Below are positions 51,985-62,692 of a stretch of 64,000 nucleotides of DNA, one piece after another. Each line of letters starts with the position of its first letter. The stretch's first letter is position 1. Position numbers and translations under genes: made by a program. The notes beneath the pieces were generated by a model. The model was not told the origin of the DNA and searched no databases. It saw only the letters and a list, made by a program, of their open reading frames with translations. This stretch comes from Thermoanaerobaculia bacterium (GTDB lineage Bacteria; Acidobacteriota; Thermoanaerobaculia; UBA5066), in assembly GCA_963816185.1 (NCBI GenBank), contig CAWFJJ010000001.1, positions 224,001 through 288,000 of the forward strand, given 5' to 3'.

Positions 51985-54179
51985 ATGCCTCCCGCGAGAA
52001 ACGGCCTCTTCCTGGGCCGGGCCGTCGACCCGGCTTCGGGAAAGACCGGCGCCGAGCCTTTCCTCCTCGACCCCGCCGACCTCACGACGCACGGCCTCAT
52101 CGTAGGCATGACGGGGAGCGGCAAGACGGCGCTCGGCATCGTCCTGATCGAGGAGCTGCTCTTGCGCGGCATCCCGGTCCTCGCGATCGACCCGAAAGGG
52201 GACCTCGGCAACCTGCTCCTCGACTTTCCGGGCCTTTCGCCCGCGGAGTTCGCGCCCTTCGTCGACCCGTCCGCCGGGACGCCCGAGTCCGAGGCGAAGA
52301 AGTGGTCGGAGGGCCTCGCGGGCTGGGGACTCCATCCCGCGGACGTCCGGGCGCTCGTCGACAGCCGGGACGCCGTGATCTTCACGCCCGGTTCGACGTC
52401 GGGAACGCCGGTCGACCTCTTCGGATCCTGTGCGCCTCCGCCGAAGGAGGCCGACGACGAGGACCGCCGGGACGTCGTCACGGCCTTCGTGGGAGGGCTT
52501 CTCACCCTCGCGGGCCGCGACGCGGATCCCGTGAAATCGCGCGACTTCATCTTCCTGTCGCTCTGCGTGACCGCGCTCTGGGAGAAGGGCGCAACCGCGA
52601 CGTTCGAGTCGCTTCTCGAGCTTGCGGCCTCGCCGCCTTTCGCGAAGGTCGGCGTGCTGCCCCTCGAGACGTTCTATCCCGCGAAGGAGCGGCAAGATCT
52701 CGTCCTCGCGGTCAATGCCCTCCTCGCATCGCCCGCGACGTCTGCGTTCCGCGAAGGGGAGCCGCTCGACGTCGGGCGGATGCTGGCTCCGACGCCGGCC
52801 GGCGGGAAAGCGCGGCTTTCGATCGTTTCGATCGCGCACCTCGGCGACGCCGAGCGAATCTTCGTCGTGGCGACGCTCCTTGCGCGCGTGAAAGCCTGGA
52901 TGCGCTCGCTGCCGGGCAGCCCCGCGCTCCGGGCGCTCGTCTACGTGGACGAGATCTTCGGGTTCTTCCCGCCCTCGGCCGAGCCGCCCACGAAAAGGCC
53001 GCTCCTCACGCTTCTCAAGCAGGCGCGAGCGTTCGGGGTGGGAGTCGCCCTCGCCTCGCAGAACCCCGTCGACCTCGACTACCGCGGCCTCGCGAACTGC
53101 GGCTGCTGGTGGATGGGCACGCTTCAGACCGAGCGGGACAAGCTGCGCCTCTCCGAGGGGCTCGTGGAAGCCGGCGGCACGGACGCCTCGGAGCTCCTGA
53201 CCAGGACGCGGAAGCGCGTCTTTCTCCTGAACGACGTGCACCGCAAGGAGCCCGCGCTCGTCGAGACGCGCTGGGCGATGAGCTATCTCCGCGGGCCGAT
53301 GACGAAGGCCGACCTCACGAGGCTGAAGGGTGCCGGCGGCGAGGCGACCGCGCCGCCGAGGAAGACCCCGGCGGAGTCGGCGGCGCCCGCCCTTTCCTCG
53401 GCTTGGCCGGTGCGATGGCTCGAGAAGCGGAATGCCGACATCGCATCCCCGTCGCTTTTCGTGAAGTATGCCGTGCGCTTCCATTCGGGTACGTCGTCTG
53501 CGCCGGAGATCACCGCCGCAAAGCTTTTCCCCCTCACAGCGGGGTCCCCCGCGGAAGTGCTGGAGACCGAACCCTCGACCTCGAGCCCTCCGGCCTGGAG
53601 TCGCTGAGAGCCGCCGCACCCGGCCGGCCGCTGCGATATGCGGACCTGCCCGCATGGCTCGGCGAAGGAACGGTGAAGGCCGTCGAAAAGGCGGTGCGAT
53701 CGCGGCTCCCCGACAAGCTCGCAACGACGCTCCTGAAGGATCCCGTCACGGGCGCGCTCTCCTCTCCGGGCGAATCGCCCGAGGACTTCGCGAAGCGCCT
53801 CGCGACGGGCACAGAGCCGCCGGCGGCTCTTCGCGAGAAGCTCGAGAAGAAGCGCCGCGATCTCGCGGCGGCCGAGGCCTCCGAGCAGGGGAGATCGATG
53901 GAGACTCTCGCGACAGGCGCCGCGGCGGCTTGGGACGTCGTCGGGGGGATTTTCTTTGGAAGAAAGAGAACGCTGCGCGTCTCGAAAGTCAGCTCGGTTC
54001 TGACGAAGAAACGGCTCGAGGACGCCGCGGACGCCAAAGTCTCAGGTCTTCGCGCCGAGGTCGCCTCGTTGGAGGAGAAGGTGGCTCCGCCGGACACGAG
54101 TCGCTTCGAGAAGGTGAACGTCGTCCCGGCCGCAGCACACGTGGACGTGCTGTCGATCGGAATAGCCTGGATCTGTTAA
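51985..54179 (+). CDS. DUF87/HerA-like P-loop ATPase, frameshift near 53580
   Basis: [43 protein letters not shown]; coiled-coil C-terminus in frame 52302..54179. Confidence 0.82.
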
Positions 54180-54196
54180 GAGAAGAGTAAGAAAGA

Positions 54197-54283
54197 TTTC
54201 TTAGAAGGTAATAGGGCTGGGGCAGCGCCGCCCTTGCCGCGAGGCGCCTGCCCTGCCCGAGAACGCATTCACTTTCTAAGAAA
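54197..54283. repeat. Hairpin element bounded by inverted TTTCTTAGAA/TTCTAAGAAA (pair D)
   Basis: Terminal inverted repeats plus internal GC stem gggctggggcagcgcc / ggcgcctgccctgccc; purine-rich left flank and pyrimidine-rich right flank. Confidence 0.85.
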
Positions 54284-54318
54284 CTCTTATCTTCGGTCTC
54301 TTTCTCTAGAATCCTCCC

Positions 54319-54690
54319 ATGCCCAAGATACCTCCCCGGAAGGAAGTGCTTGAGCACCCGCTCTACCGCGCGGCCATGGCCGCGCAGCACCTCGCCTATC
54401 AGCTCATGCGCGAGGTGCCGCCCGAGCACAAGGCCGCCGCGACGCGGCTGCACGCGTCGCTCGTCCACGCCACGACGTATGCAGCCTACGCGGTCGACCC
54501 GGACGTGCCCGACAAGGAGGCGCAGCGGGCGGGCCTCGCCGCGACCGCGGCCCGGGCGAAGGAGCAGCTCCAGCCGCTCGCCCAGTTCGCCGGCGACGCG
54601 CGCGACGTGGAGAAGCTGAGCGAAAAGATCAGCGAGCTGTCTTCGGCAGGGGAAAAGGGGCTCATTCCTCCCTCTTCGTCCCCAGGATGA
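54319..54690 (+). CDS. Divergent four-helix-bundle (23S rRNA IVP-like) protein
   Basis: LYRAA..LAYQL...P.E....RL..S pattern; TAGAAT 6 nt before ATG. Confidence 0.55.
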   Translation: MPKIPPRKEVLEHPLYRAAMAAQHLAYQLMREVPPEHKAAATRLHASLVHATTYAAYAVDPDVPDKEAQRAGLAATAARAKEQLQPLAQFAGDARDVEKLSEKISELSSAGEKGLIPPSSSPG

Positions 54691-55012
54691 CGAGCACGAT
54701 CAGGAGCAGGAGGACGATCAGACCGATGACGATCGTCGTCGTACGCGAAGAGCCTGCCGGCGACTCGGCTGCCGCGGCGTTCGACGTGGCGGCGGTCGCC
54801 GCCGCTGCCGTGGTCGGCTGCGGGGCCTCGCCCGTGGTGGGAGCGGCGGCCGCCGTCGAAGGAGCGCCCGTCGACGCCGCCGCGGGCGGGGCCGTCGCGG
54901 ATTCGGCGGGTTTCGGCGCGGCGGCCGTGCTGGCAGTCGACTGCGAACGGGCGGCGGACGAGACGAGGGCGAGAGCGAGGAGGAGGGCGGAGATCGCGGC
55001 GCGTGGCTTCAT
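54662..55012 (-). CDS. Small exported Ala/Thr/Pro-rich protein with C-terminal TM anchor
   Basis: Signal peptide, low-complexity stalk, IVIGLIVLLLLIVLVIL-GTKREE. Confidence 0.7.
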   Translation of the reverse strand: MKPRAAISALLLALALVSSAARSQSTASTAAAPKPAESATAPPAAASTGAPSTAAAAPTTGEAPQPTTAAAATAATSNAAAAESPAGSSRTTTIVIGLIVLLLLIVLVILGTKREE

Positions 55013-55066
55013 AGCGGATGAAACTATCGGGCGGACACCGAAGCGTCAAGCGGTCGGGGCGTGCGC

Positions 55067-56606
55067 GTGACGACGCTCCCGCGCGCGGGTTGGCGCCTCG
55101 ACGCGGCCGTTTTCCTCTCGGGCGCGGCCCTGATGGGCCTCGAGATCGTCGGGAGCCGCGTCCTCGCTCCGGTTTTCGGGACCTCGCTCTTCGTCTGGGG
55201 AGCCCTGATCACGACTTTTCTCGCGGCGCTCGCGCTCGGATATGCCTTCGGCGGGCGCCTGGCCGATCGCCGGCCCGACCCGGGAATGCTGGCCGCGCTC
55301 CTCGCGTGCAGCGGAATCCTGCTCTTCGCGGTCTTCTCGTCCCCTCAGGTCCTGCTCGCGGCGCTCGGCCGCGCCTCCGTTCCCGAGCGCTTTCGCCCGC
55401 TCGTCGCGGCCGTGATTCTGTTCGGCCCGCCCAGCGTCCTGATGGGGATGGTCACGCCCTTCGCGGTGCGCCTCGCCGCGAAGGAGATCGCGACGGTCGG
55501 CGCTGCGGCGGGCCGCCTGTCTGCGCTCTCCACGGCGGGCTCCATCCTGGGAACGTTCGCGACGGCCTTCTTCCTCATTCCGGCATTCGCGACCCGGCCG
55601 ATCCTCTTCGGCCTCGGCGCAACGCTTCTCGTGGCCTCGCTGCTCGTTCCCGTCCCGCGCTCGGCTGCACGGTTCGCGCTCGTTTCCCTCCTGGCGATCG
55701 GGGGCGCGGTCTCGTACCTTGCCGTGCCTTCGGATACGGGTTCACCCGAGCCGGCCGGGAAGGTCGTCTACGAGAAGGAGACGGCCTATCACCACCTCCG
55801 CGTCGTCGACGGGGGGCTCCGCCGCTCGCTCTATTTCGACGCTCGCCTGCAGGGCTTCATCGCCGTGCGGCCCGACCTCGTGCTGCACGAAGAACTATAC
55901 GGACGGCATGATGCTCGCGCTCCTTTTTCCCGTCCGGCCCGTCAAGACGGCCGTCATGATCGGTCTCGGGGCGGGCATGGTCCCGACCCTCCTTTCCGAG
56001 CGCGCGCCGGAGATCGCCACGACCTCGATCGAGATCGACCCCGAGGTCGTCGAGACCGCGCGGCGCTTCTTTCGATTCACGCCGGGCGCGAACAGCCGCG
56101 TTCTCGTGGGCGACGGCCGGCGTGAGCTCGACCGCCAGGTTCCGGCCGCCGACGTCATATTCGTGGACGCGTATTTCGCGGACAGCTTGCCTTTCCATCT
56201 CGTGACGAAGGAGTTCTTCGAGCTCTGCCATCGAAAGCTCCCGCCAGACGGCGTCCTCGCGATGAACTTCGGCGGCCTGCTGACGGGCCGGCGGAACGTC
56301 CTGTTCTGGGCGGCGGTCAAGACCGTCCGCCTCGTCTTTCCGCGCACGTACATCTTCTCGTCCGAGCTCGCATCGGGGCGAGCGACCTTCGCCTCGAACG
56401 CCATCCTCATCGCGACGCGATCTCCCGACGGCCTCGACAGGGCCACGATCTCCGACCGCGCCGCCGTGCTCGCGAAAAAGCTCTCACGCCCGCCCGTCGT
56501 GGACTGGGCGAACGAGCTTTACGACGGCGAGCTGAAGGTCGGGGATGTCCCGGTCCTCACGGACGCGTACGCGCCGACCGACGCGCTCCAGAACCTCACG
56601 CGATGA
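55067..56606 (+). CDS. Fused MFS-like membrane domain/spermidine synthase-like methyltransferase, frameshift near 55880
   Basis: LEIVGSRVLAPVFGTS, STAGSILGT, then IGLGAG, IEIDPEVV, GDGR, DAY, VLTDAYAP. Confidence 0.85.
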
Positions 56607-57619
56607 ATCGCCGGCTCCGTCTCGCGTGCGGGGTTTCCGCGCTCGTCGTCGCCGTGGCCTGCGCGCCTCGCGAGCGGCCCCCGGCGGTTTCCGCCTCCGA
56701 CCCCGCGGGCGAGACGCTCGAGGCCGACACGCGAGCGCTGTGCGCGCTCGGGCCGCGCGTGACGGGCTCCGATGCGTGCACGCGGGCGGAGGAATGGGCC
56801 GCCGCGCGCCTTCGCGAGTCGGGCCTCGCCGCGCGGCTCGAGCCCTGGGAGTGGCCTTCCCGCCCGCCCGGAGCCGCGATCCCGCGCAACGTGGTGGCGG
56901 AGCTTCCCGGCCGGGATCGGCCGGGCGAGATCGTGCTCCTCGCCGCGCATCTCGACACGGTGGCGGGAAGCTCCGGCGCGAACGACGATGCCGTGAACGT
57001 GGCGCTCGTCCTGGGCGTGGCTCGGGCGATGCGCGCGGCGGGCCCCGCTCGCCGGTCGCTGCGCTTCGTCCTCTTCACCGGAGAGGAGCAGAAGCTTCTC
57101 GGCTCACGGGCTTATGTGAAGGCGCACGCGAAAGAGCTCGGGGCGCACGTCCTCGCTCTCGTGTACGACCTCGGGTCCGCACGGACGCTGGGCTTTTACC
57201 TGAACGGACGGAAGCAGGACCTGCGCGCGCTCTTCATGCGCGCCCTGTCCACGCGCGAGGGCTCGGGCCGCCTCGTCGGCCTTTATTCCATCTGGGAGGG
57301 ATGCGACGCCTTCTCGTTCGTGGAGGAGGGAATTCCGGCGCTGACCGCCTACCAGGAGCTCGGGCCGTACCTTGCCGTCTACCACTCGGAAAGAGACAGG
57401 GTCGAGACGGTGAATTTCGCGGCGGCGCGCGAGAACGCGGCGCTCGCCTCCGCCCTCGTGAAAGGGGTGGCGGAAGACCCGGAGCCCGCGTTGCGCCGGA
57501 TGACGCCGGAAGAAACCGCGGCCCTCCTCGAGCGCCACGGACTCGGAAAGGCCCCTCCGGATGTCAGTGCGTCCGCCCGCCCGACCGTTCTTCCCGGAGC
57601 TGCGCCAGCTCGCCCCTGA
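56603..57619 (+). CDS. M28-family peptidase lipoprotein
   Basis: AVAC lipobox, AHLD, GANDDA, GEEQKLLGS, YHSERD. Confidence 0.85.
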   Translation: MNRRLRLACGVSALVVAVACAPRERPPAVSASDPAGETLEADTRALCALGPRVTGSDACTRAEEWAAARLRESGLAARLEPWEWPSRPPGAAIPRNVVAELPGRDRPGEIVLLAAHLDTVAGSSGANDDAVNVALVLGVARAMRAAGPARRSLRFVLFTGEEQKLLGSRAYVKAHAKELGAHVLALVYDLGSARTLGFYLNGRKQDLRALFMRALSTREGSGRLVGLYSIWEGCDAFSFVEEGIPALTAYQELGPYLAVYHSERDRVETVNFAAARENAALASALVKGVAEDPEPALRRMTPEETAALLERHGLGKAPPDVSASARPTVLPGAAPARP

Positions 57620-57929
57620 GAGCCGAGAGATCGCTCAGGAGACTCTCGCGGTCCGGCTCGGGGATCCCGGCGAGGGCGGGCTCGGAAGTCAGCAGCTTCG
57701 CCACCTCGGCTAGCTTCGTCTCGGCCAGGTCGAGCGCTTCCGCCACGTCGCTGCCCGGGAGATCGAGAAAAGCCTCCCCGACGAGCGACGGGACCGAGAC
57801 GGCGGCCTTCCGAAGCCGGGTCCCGGCCTCCGTACCCTTCGCCCCGGCGGCCTCGACCGCGGCGTACACGGTGTGAGCAAAACTCATTCCGCGCTTCCAG
57901 GTCGGGAGGTTCTTGTAGTGGCTCACCAT
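57564..57929 (-). CDS. Four-helix-bundle protein (23S rRNA IVP family)
   Basis: [27 protein letters not shown] resembles L-x-RAAVSIPSNIAEG. Confidence 0.7.
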   Translation of the reverse strand: MVSHYKNLPTWKRGMSFAHTVYAAVEAAGAKGTEAGTRLRKAAVSVPSLVGEAFLDLPGSDVAEALDLAETKLAEVAKLLTSEPALAGIPEPDRESLLSDLSALRGELAQLREERSGGRTH

Positions 57930-58038
57930 CGTCATCCTAGTACGTTTGCATGGTCGCGGGCGTCGCAATCCCGGTGCTAGGCTCCTCGATATTCAGGCAC
58001 GTCTTTCGACCTTGACGTGCGAGGAAGGAGCGAAGCCA

Positions 58039-58965
58039 ATGCGACGCAAAGTCACTGTGATCGGTGCCGGAAATGTGGGCGCGACCGTCGCCCAGAGAAT
58101 CGTCGAAAAGGAGCTCGCCGACGTCGTCCTCGTGGACGTCATCGAGGGGGTCCCGCAGGGCAAGGGGCTGGACATGATCCAGTCGGGCGCCGTCGAGGGC
58201 TTCGACATGAGGATCGTCGGCTCGAACGGCTACGACGAGACCGCGGGGTCCGACCTCGTGATCGTCACGGCCGGTCTCGCGCGCAAGCCGGGCATGTCGC
58301 GGGACGACCTCCTGCACAAGAACGAGGAGATCGTCGCGAGCTGCATCTCGAAGACGACGCGCGGGTCGCGCGACCTGACCGTCATCGTCGTCACGAATCC
58401 GCTCGACGCGATGTGCGAGGTCGTCCGCCGCGTCACGAAGCTGCCCAAGAACAGGGTCATCGGCATGGCGGGAATCCTGGACAGCGCCCGGATGCGCGCG
58501 TTCATCGCGATGGAGCTCGGCGTCTCGATGACGAACATCCACGCGACCGTCCTCGGCGGACACGGCGACACGATGGTCCCGCTCCCGCGGTACTCCACGG
58601 TGGCCGGCGTGCCGATCACCGAGCTGCTGTCGCCCGAGCGCGTCGCGGCGATCGTCAAGCGCACCGCGGGCGGCGGCGCCGAGATCGTGAACCTCCTGAA
58701 GACGGGCTCGGCCTACTACGCCCCGTCCGCGGCCGCCGTCGAGATGACCGAGGCGATTTTCAACGACCGCAAGAAGATCCTGCCGTGCGCCGCGTACCTC
58801 GAGGGCGAGTACGGAATCAACGGCGTCTTCGTGGGCGTTCCGGTCGTGCTCGGCAAGAACGGAATCGAGAGGATCATCGAGCTCAAGCTCACGCCGGAAG
58901 AGTCCGCCGCCCTCAAGAAGTCCGCCAGCTCCGTTCAGGAGCTCGTCGGATTGCTGGCCGTCTGA
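58039..58965 (+). CDS. mdh: Malate dehydrogenase (LDH-like)
   Basis: [37 protein letters not shown]. Confidence 0.96.
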   Translation: MRRKVTVIGAGNVGATVAQRIVEKELADVVLVDVIEGVPQGKGLDMIQSGAVEGFDMRIVGSNGYDETAGSDLVIVTAGLARKPGMSRDDLLHKNEEIVASCISKTTRGSRDLTVIVVTNPLDAMCEVVRRVTKLPKNRVIGMAGILDSARMRAFIAMELGVSMTNIHATVLGGHGDTMVPLPRYSTVAGVPITELLSPERVAAIVKRTAGGGAEIVNLLKTGSAYYAPSAAAVEMTEAIFNDRKKILPCAAYLEGEYGINGVFVGVPVVLGKNGIERIIELKLTPEESAALKKSASSVQELVGLLAV

Positions 58966-59000
58966 TTCCGTCCGACAACTGAGGGAGGAGACTCGATCGC

Positions 59001-59669
59001 ATGGCGGCTCCCGCGCACCTTCTGAACTCGTCGGTCGGCAAGAAGATCGTCATGGCGATCACCGGGATCGTCCTTTCGCTCTTCGTCCTCGGCCACATGG
59101 CCGGAAACCTGCAGGCCTTCCTTCCGAACGGCCCGGCGGCGCTGGACCACTACGGCGCCTTCCTGCGAGAGCTCGTGCACGGCACCGGAATCTGGTTCGT
59201 CCGGGCGGGGCTCCTCCTCGCGGTGGGCCTCCACATCTGGGCCTACCTCGGCCTCTCGCTGAAGAGCTGGGCGGCCCGGCCGCAGGGCTATCGGGTGACG
59301 GACTACGAGGAGGCCACGCTCGCGTCGCGCTCGATGCGCTGGACGGGCCCTCTCCTCGGGATCTTCATCGTCTACCACATCCTCCACATGACGACGGGCA
59401 CGCTCCACCCGCACTTCGTCGAGGGCAGGGTCTACCAGAACCTCGTCGCGGGTCTCACGCCCGTCGCCGTCGCGCTCTTCTATCTCGTCGCGATGGGCGC
59501 GCTCGCGTTTCATCTGTTCCACGGCGCCTGGAGCATGTTGCAGACCCTCGGCCTGTCGCACCCGAAGTACGACCCGTGGCGAAAGCGCCTCGCGATCGCC
59601 TTCACGATCGTCGTGGCCGGGGGTTTCGCCCTCGTCCCGATCGCGGTCCTCGCGGGGTGGCTGAAATGA
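59001..59669 (+). CDS. sdhC: Succinate dehydrogenase cytochrome b subunit
   Basis: [13 protein letters not shown], four heme-ligand His, [11 protein letters not shown]. Confidence 0.92.
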   Translation: MAAPAHLLNSSVGKKIVMAITGIVLSLFVLGHMAGNLQAFLPNGPAALDHYGAFLRELVHGTGIWFVRAGLLLAVGLHIWAYLGLSLKSWAARPQGYRVTDYEEATLASRSMRWTGPLLGIFIVYHILHMTTGTLHPHFVEGRVYQNLVAGLTPVAVALFYLVAMGALAFHLFHGAWSMLQTLGLSHPKYDPWRKRLAIAFTIVVAGGFALVPIAVLAGWLK

Positions 59670-59676
59670 AGACACG

Positions 59677-59749
59677 GGAGAAGAAGAAGCTTTTCTTAGA
59701 AAGAAAGAATTCGGAGAAGAAAAAGATCTTCTTAGAAGGAAAGAGAGAC
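59677..59749 (+). repeat. Tandem direct pair of TTCTTAGAA motifs, 36-bp period (pair E), between sdhC and sdhA
   Basis: ggagaagaagaagcttTTCTTAGAAagaaag / ggagaagaaaaagatcTTCTTAGAAggaaag (cores 59693-59701 and 59729-59737). Confidence 0.85.
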
Positions 59750-59799
59750 AGCGGCGTGCCGAGTATTGGTTTCTTCGTGGCTCTTTCCGGGGGGCGCTC

Positions 59800-61713
59800 A
59801 TGGAACTGAAGTCGAACGTCCCCGATGGTCCTCTCGAGAAGAAGTGGGACAAGTACCGCTTCGACATGAAGCTCGTCAACCCGGCGAACAAGCGCAAGTA
59901 CTCGGTCATCGTCGTCGGCTCCGGCCTCGCCGGCGGCGCGGGGGCCGCGTCGCTCGCCGAGCTCGGCTACAACGTCTCGTGCTTCTGCTATCAGGACAGC
60001 CCGCGGCGCGCGCACTCGATCGCGGCGCAGGGCGGCATCAACGCTTCGAAGAACTACCAGAACGACGGCGACAGCATCCAGCGACTCTTCTACGACACGA
60101 TCAAGGGCGGGGACTTCCGCGCCCGCGAGGCGAACGTCTACCGGCTCGCGCAGGTCAGTGCGAACATCATCGACCAGTGCGTCGCCCAGGGCGTGCCGTT
60201 CGGACGCGAATACGGCGGCACGCTCGCGAACCGCTCGTTCGGCGGCGCGCAGGTGTCGCGCACGTTCTACGCGCGCGGCCAGACGGGGCAGCAGCTCCTC
60301 CTCGGCGCCTATCAGGCCCTCGCGCGCCAGATCGGCCTCGGCAACGTGAAGATGCACGCGCGCCACGAGATGCTCGAGGTCGTCCTCGTCGACGGCCGCG
60401 CGCGCGGCATCGTGACCCGCAACATGATCACGGGCGCCATCGAGTCGCACGTGGCCGACGCCGTCGTCCTCGCGACCGGCGGCTACGCGAACGTCTTCTA
60501 CCTCTCCACGAACGCCGCGGGTTGCAACACGACGGCGATCTGGCGGGCGTACAAGAAGGGCGCGGCCTTCGCGAATCCCTGCTACACGCAGATCCATCCG
60601 ACCTGCATCCCCGTCACGGGCGACCACCAGTCCAAGCTCACGCTCATGTCCGAGTCGCTCCGCAACGACGGGCGCATCTGGGTGCCTCTCAAGAAGGGCG
60701 AGATGCGGCCCCCCGACCAGATCCCCGAGGCGGAGCGCGACTACTACCTCGAGCGCAAGTACCCGTCGTACGGCAACCTCGCGCCGCGCGACATCGCGTC
60801 CCGCGCCGCCAAGCAGGTGTGCGACGAGGGGCGTGGCGTGGGAGAGACCGGCCTCGGCGTGTACCTCGACTTCGCGGACTCCATCAAGCGCCTCGGCGAG
60901 GACGTAATCCGCGAGCGCTACGGAAACCTGTTCGACATGTACGAGCGCATCACGGCGGAGAACCCGTACAAGGTCCCGATGCGCATCTTCCCGGCCGCGC
61001 ACTACGTGATGGGCGGCCTCTGGGTGGACTACAACCTCATGTCCACGATTCCGGGCCTCCACGTCGCGGGCGAGGCGAACTTCTCGGACCACGGCGCGAA
61101 CCGCCTCGGCGCGAGCGCCCTCATGCAGGGCCTCGCGGACGGATACTTCGTCCTGCCGTACACGATCGGCAACTACCTGGCGTCGACGAAGCAGCCGAAG
61201 ATCGACACGACGCACGCCGCGTTCCGGGAGGCCGAGGCGGCCGTCGGATCACGGATCAAGAGGCTTCTCGCGATCAAGGGGAAGCGGACCGTCGATTCCT
61301 TCCACAAGGAGCTCGGGAAGATCATGTGGGAGTACTGCGGCATGGGCCGCAACAAGGCCGGGCTCGAGACGGCTCTCCAGAAGATCCCCGCCCTGCGCGA
61401 GGAGTTCTGGAAGGACGCCGTCGTCGGCGGGCATTACGAGGAGCTGAACCAGTCGCTCGAGAGGGCCGGCCGCGTGGCCGATTTCCTCGAGCTCGGCGAG
61501 CTCTTGTGCCTCGACGCGCTCGCGCGCGAGGAATCCTGCGGCGGACACTTCCGCGAGGAGTACCAGACGCCGGACGGCGAGGCGCTTCGCAACGACGAGA
61601 AGTTCTGCCACGTCGCGGCCTGGGAGTACGCGGGCGAGGGCAAGGCGCCGATCCGCAACGTCGAGCCGCTCGCGTTCGAGAACGTGCACCTGACGCAGCG
61701 GAGTTACAAATGA
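59800..61713 (+). CDS. sdhA: Succinate dehydrogenase/fumarate reductase flavoprotein
   Basis: [44 protein letters not shown]. Confidence 0.96.
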   Translation: MELKSNVPDGPLEKKWDKYRFDMKLVNPANKRKYSVIVVGSGLAGGAGAASLAELGYNVSCFCYQDSPRRAHSIAAQGGINASKNYQNDGDSIQRLFYDTIKGGDFRAREANVYRLAQVSANIIDQCVAQGVPFGREYGGTLANRSFGGAQVSRTFYARGQTGQQLLLGAYQALARQIGLGNVKMHARHEMLEVVLVDGRARGIVTRNMITGAIESHVADAVVLATGGYANVFYLSTNAAGCNTTAIWRAYKKGAAFANPCYTQIHPTCIPVTGDHQSKLTLMSESLRNDGRIWVPLKKGEMRPPDQIPEAERDYYLERKYPSYGNLAPRDIASRAAKQVCDEGRGVGETGLGVYLDFADSIKRLGEDVIRERYGNLFDMYERITAENPYKVPMRIFPAAHYVMGGLWVDYNLMSTIPGLHVAGEANFSDHGANRLGASALMQGLADGYFVLPYTIGNYLASTKQPKIDTTHAAFREAEAAVGSRIKRLLAIKGKRTVDSFHKELGKIMWEYCGMGRNKAGLETALQKIPALREEFWKDAVVGGHYEELNQSLERAGRVADFLELGELLCLDALAREESCGGHFREEYQTPDGEALRNDEKFCHVAAWEYAGEGKAPIRNVEPLAFENVHLTQRSYK

Positions 61714-62486
61714 AGCTCACCTTGAACGTCTGGCGTCAGAAGGACGCGAAGTCCGAGGGGAAGTTCGTCACGTACGACGCGCCGGACATCAGCCCCGACA
61801 TGTCCTTCCTCGAGATGCTCGACGTCGTCAACCAGCGCCTCATCCTGAGCGGTGAGGACCCGATCGCGTTCGACCACGACTGCCGCGAGGGCATCTGCGG
61901 GATGTGCGGCATCGTCGTGAACGGCAACCCGCACGGGCCGCGCCGCGGCACCACGAGCTGCCAGCTCCACATGCGCAGCTTCAAGGACGGCGACGTCATC
62001 ACGCTCGAGCCCTGGCGCGCGACGCCGTTCCCGGTCGTCAAGGACCTCATCGTCAACCGCTCGTCCTTCGACCGGATCATCGCCGCCGGAGGCTTCATCA
62101 CCCTGCCGACGGGCAATGCGCCGGACGGCAACGCGATTCCGGTCCCGAAGGACTGCGCCGAGCGCTCGATGGACGCGGCCGCGTGCATCGGCTGCGGCGC
62201 CTGCGCGGCGGCCTGCCCGAACGGCTCGGCGATGCTGTTCGTGGCGGCGAAGGTTTCGCACCTTGCGCTCCTGCCGCAGGGCCAGCCCGAGCGCTACGAC
62301 CGCGTCCTGTCGATGGTCGCGCAGATGGACGCGGAGGGCTTCGGCACGTGCACGAACCACGGCGAGTGCTCGCGCGCCTGCCCGAAGGAGATCCGCCAGG
62401 AGTTCATCGCGCAGCTCAATCGCGACTTCTTCAAGGCGACTCTCGTCAGCCGCCCGAAAGTCGCCGGGGGCGCCGGCGCCGGCTGA
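61710..62486 (+). CDS. sdhB: Succinate dehydrogenase iron-sulfur subunit
   Basis: [31 protein letters not shown]. Confidence 0.95.
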   Translation: MKLTLNVWRQKDAKSEGKFVTYDAPDISPDMSFLEMLDVVNQRLILSGEDPIAFDHDCREGICGMCGIVVNGNPHGPRRGTTSCQLHMRSFKDGDVITLEPWRATPFPVVKDLIVNRSSFDRIIAAGGFITLPTGNAPDGNAIPVPKDCAERSMDAAACIGCGACAAACPNGSAMLFVAAKVSHLALLPQGQPERYDRVLSMVAQMDAEGFGTCTNHGECSRACPKEIRQEFIAQLNRDFFKATLVSRPKVAGGAGAG

Positions 62487-62512
62487 CGATCTAGACTCCG
62501 CGCATGAACGCG

Positions 62513-62564
62513 CGGCGGGCGGCGGTCCTTCTCTCGGCTCCGATCCGCCCGCCGTTTTTCTTTT
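62513..62564 (+). terminator. Probable intrinsic terminator of mdh-sdhCAB
   Basis: cggcgggcgg / ccgcccgccg 10-bp stem (long loop) followed by tttttctttt. Confidence 0.65.
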
Positions 62565-62692
62565 CTTAAAAGCGACGCGCGGCAGCGGTGGAGTGATTTT
62601 CCGGCGCCGTCGCCCGCGACGCGCTGACGCCGGTCACCCATTTGCAAGAAAGACTTGCGCGATCGCGGTCCGTATTTTGCACACTCGAGAAC

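Noticed and set aside
51985-54179. HerA-type anti-phage defence system
   Set aside because: No adjacent nuclease, Sir2 or other effector gene, and the context is housekeeping
59677-59749. 36-bp-period repeat as a mini CRISPR array
   Set aside because: Only two imperfect adjacent units, no unique spacers and no cas genes
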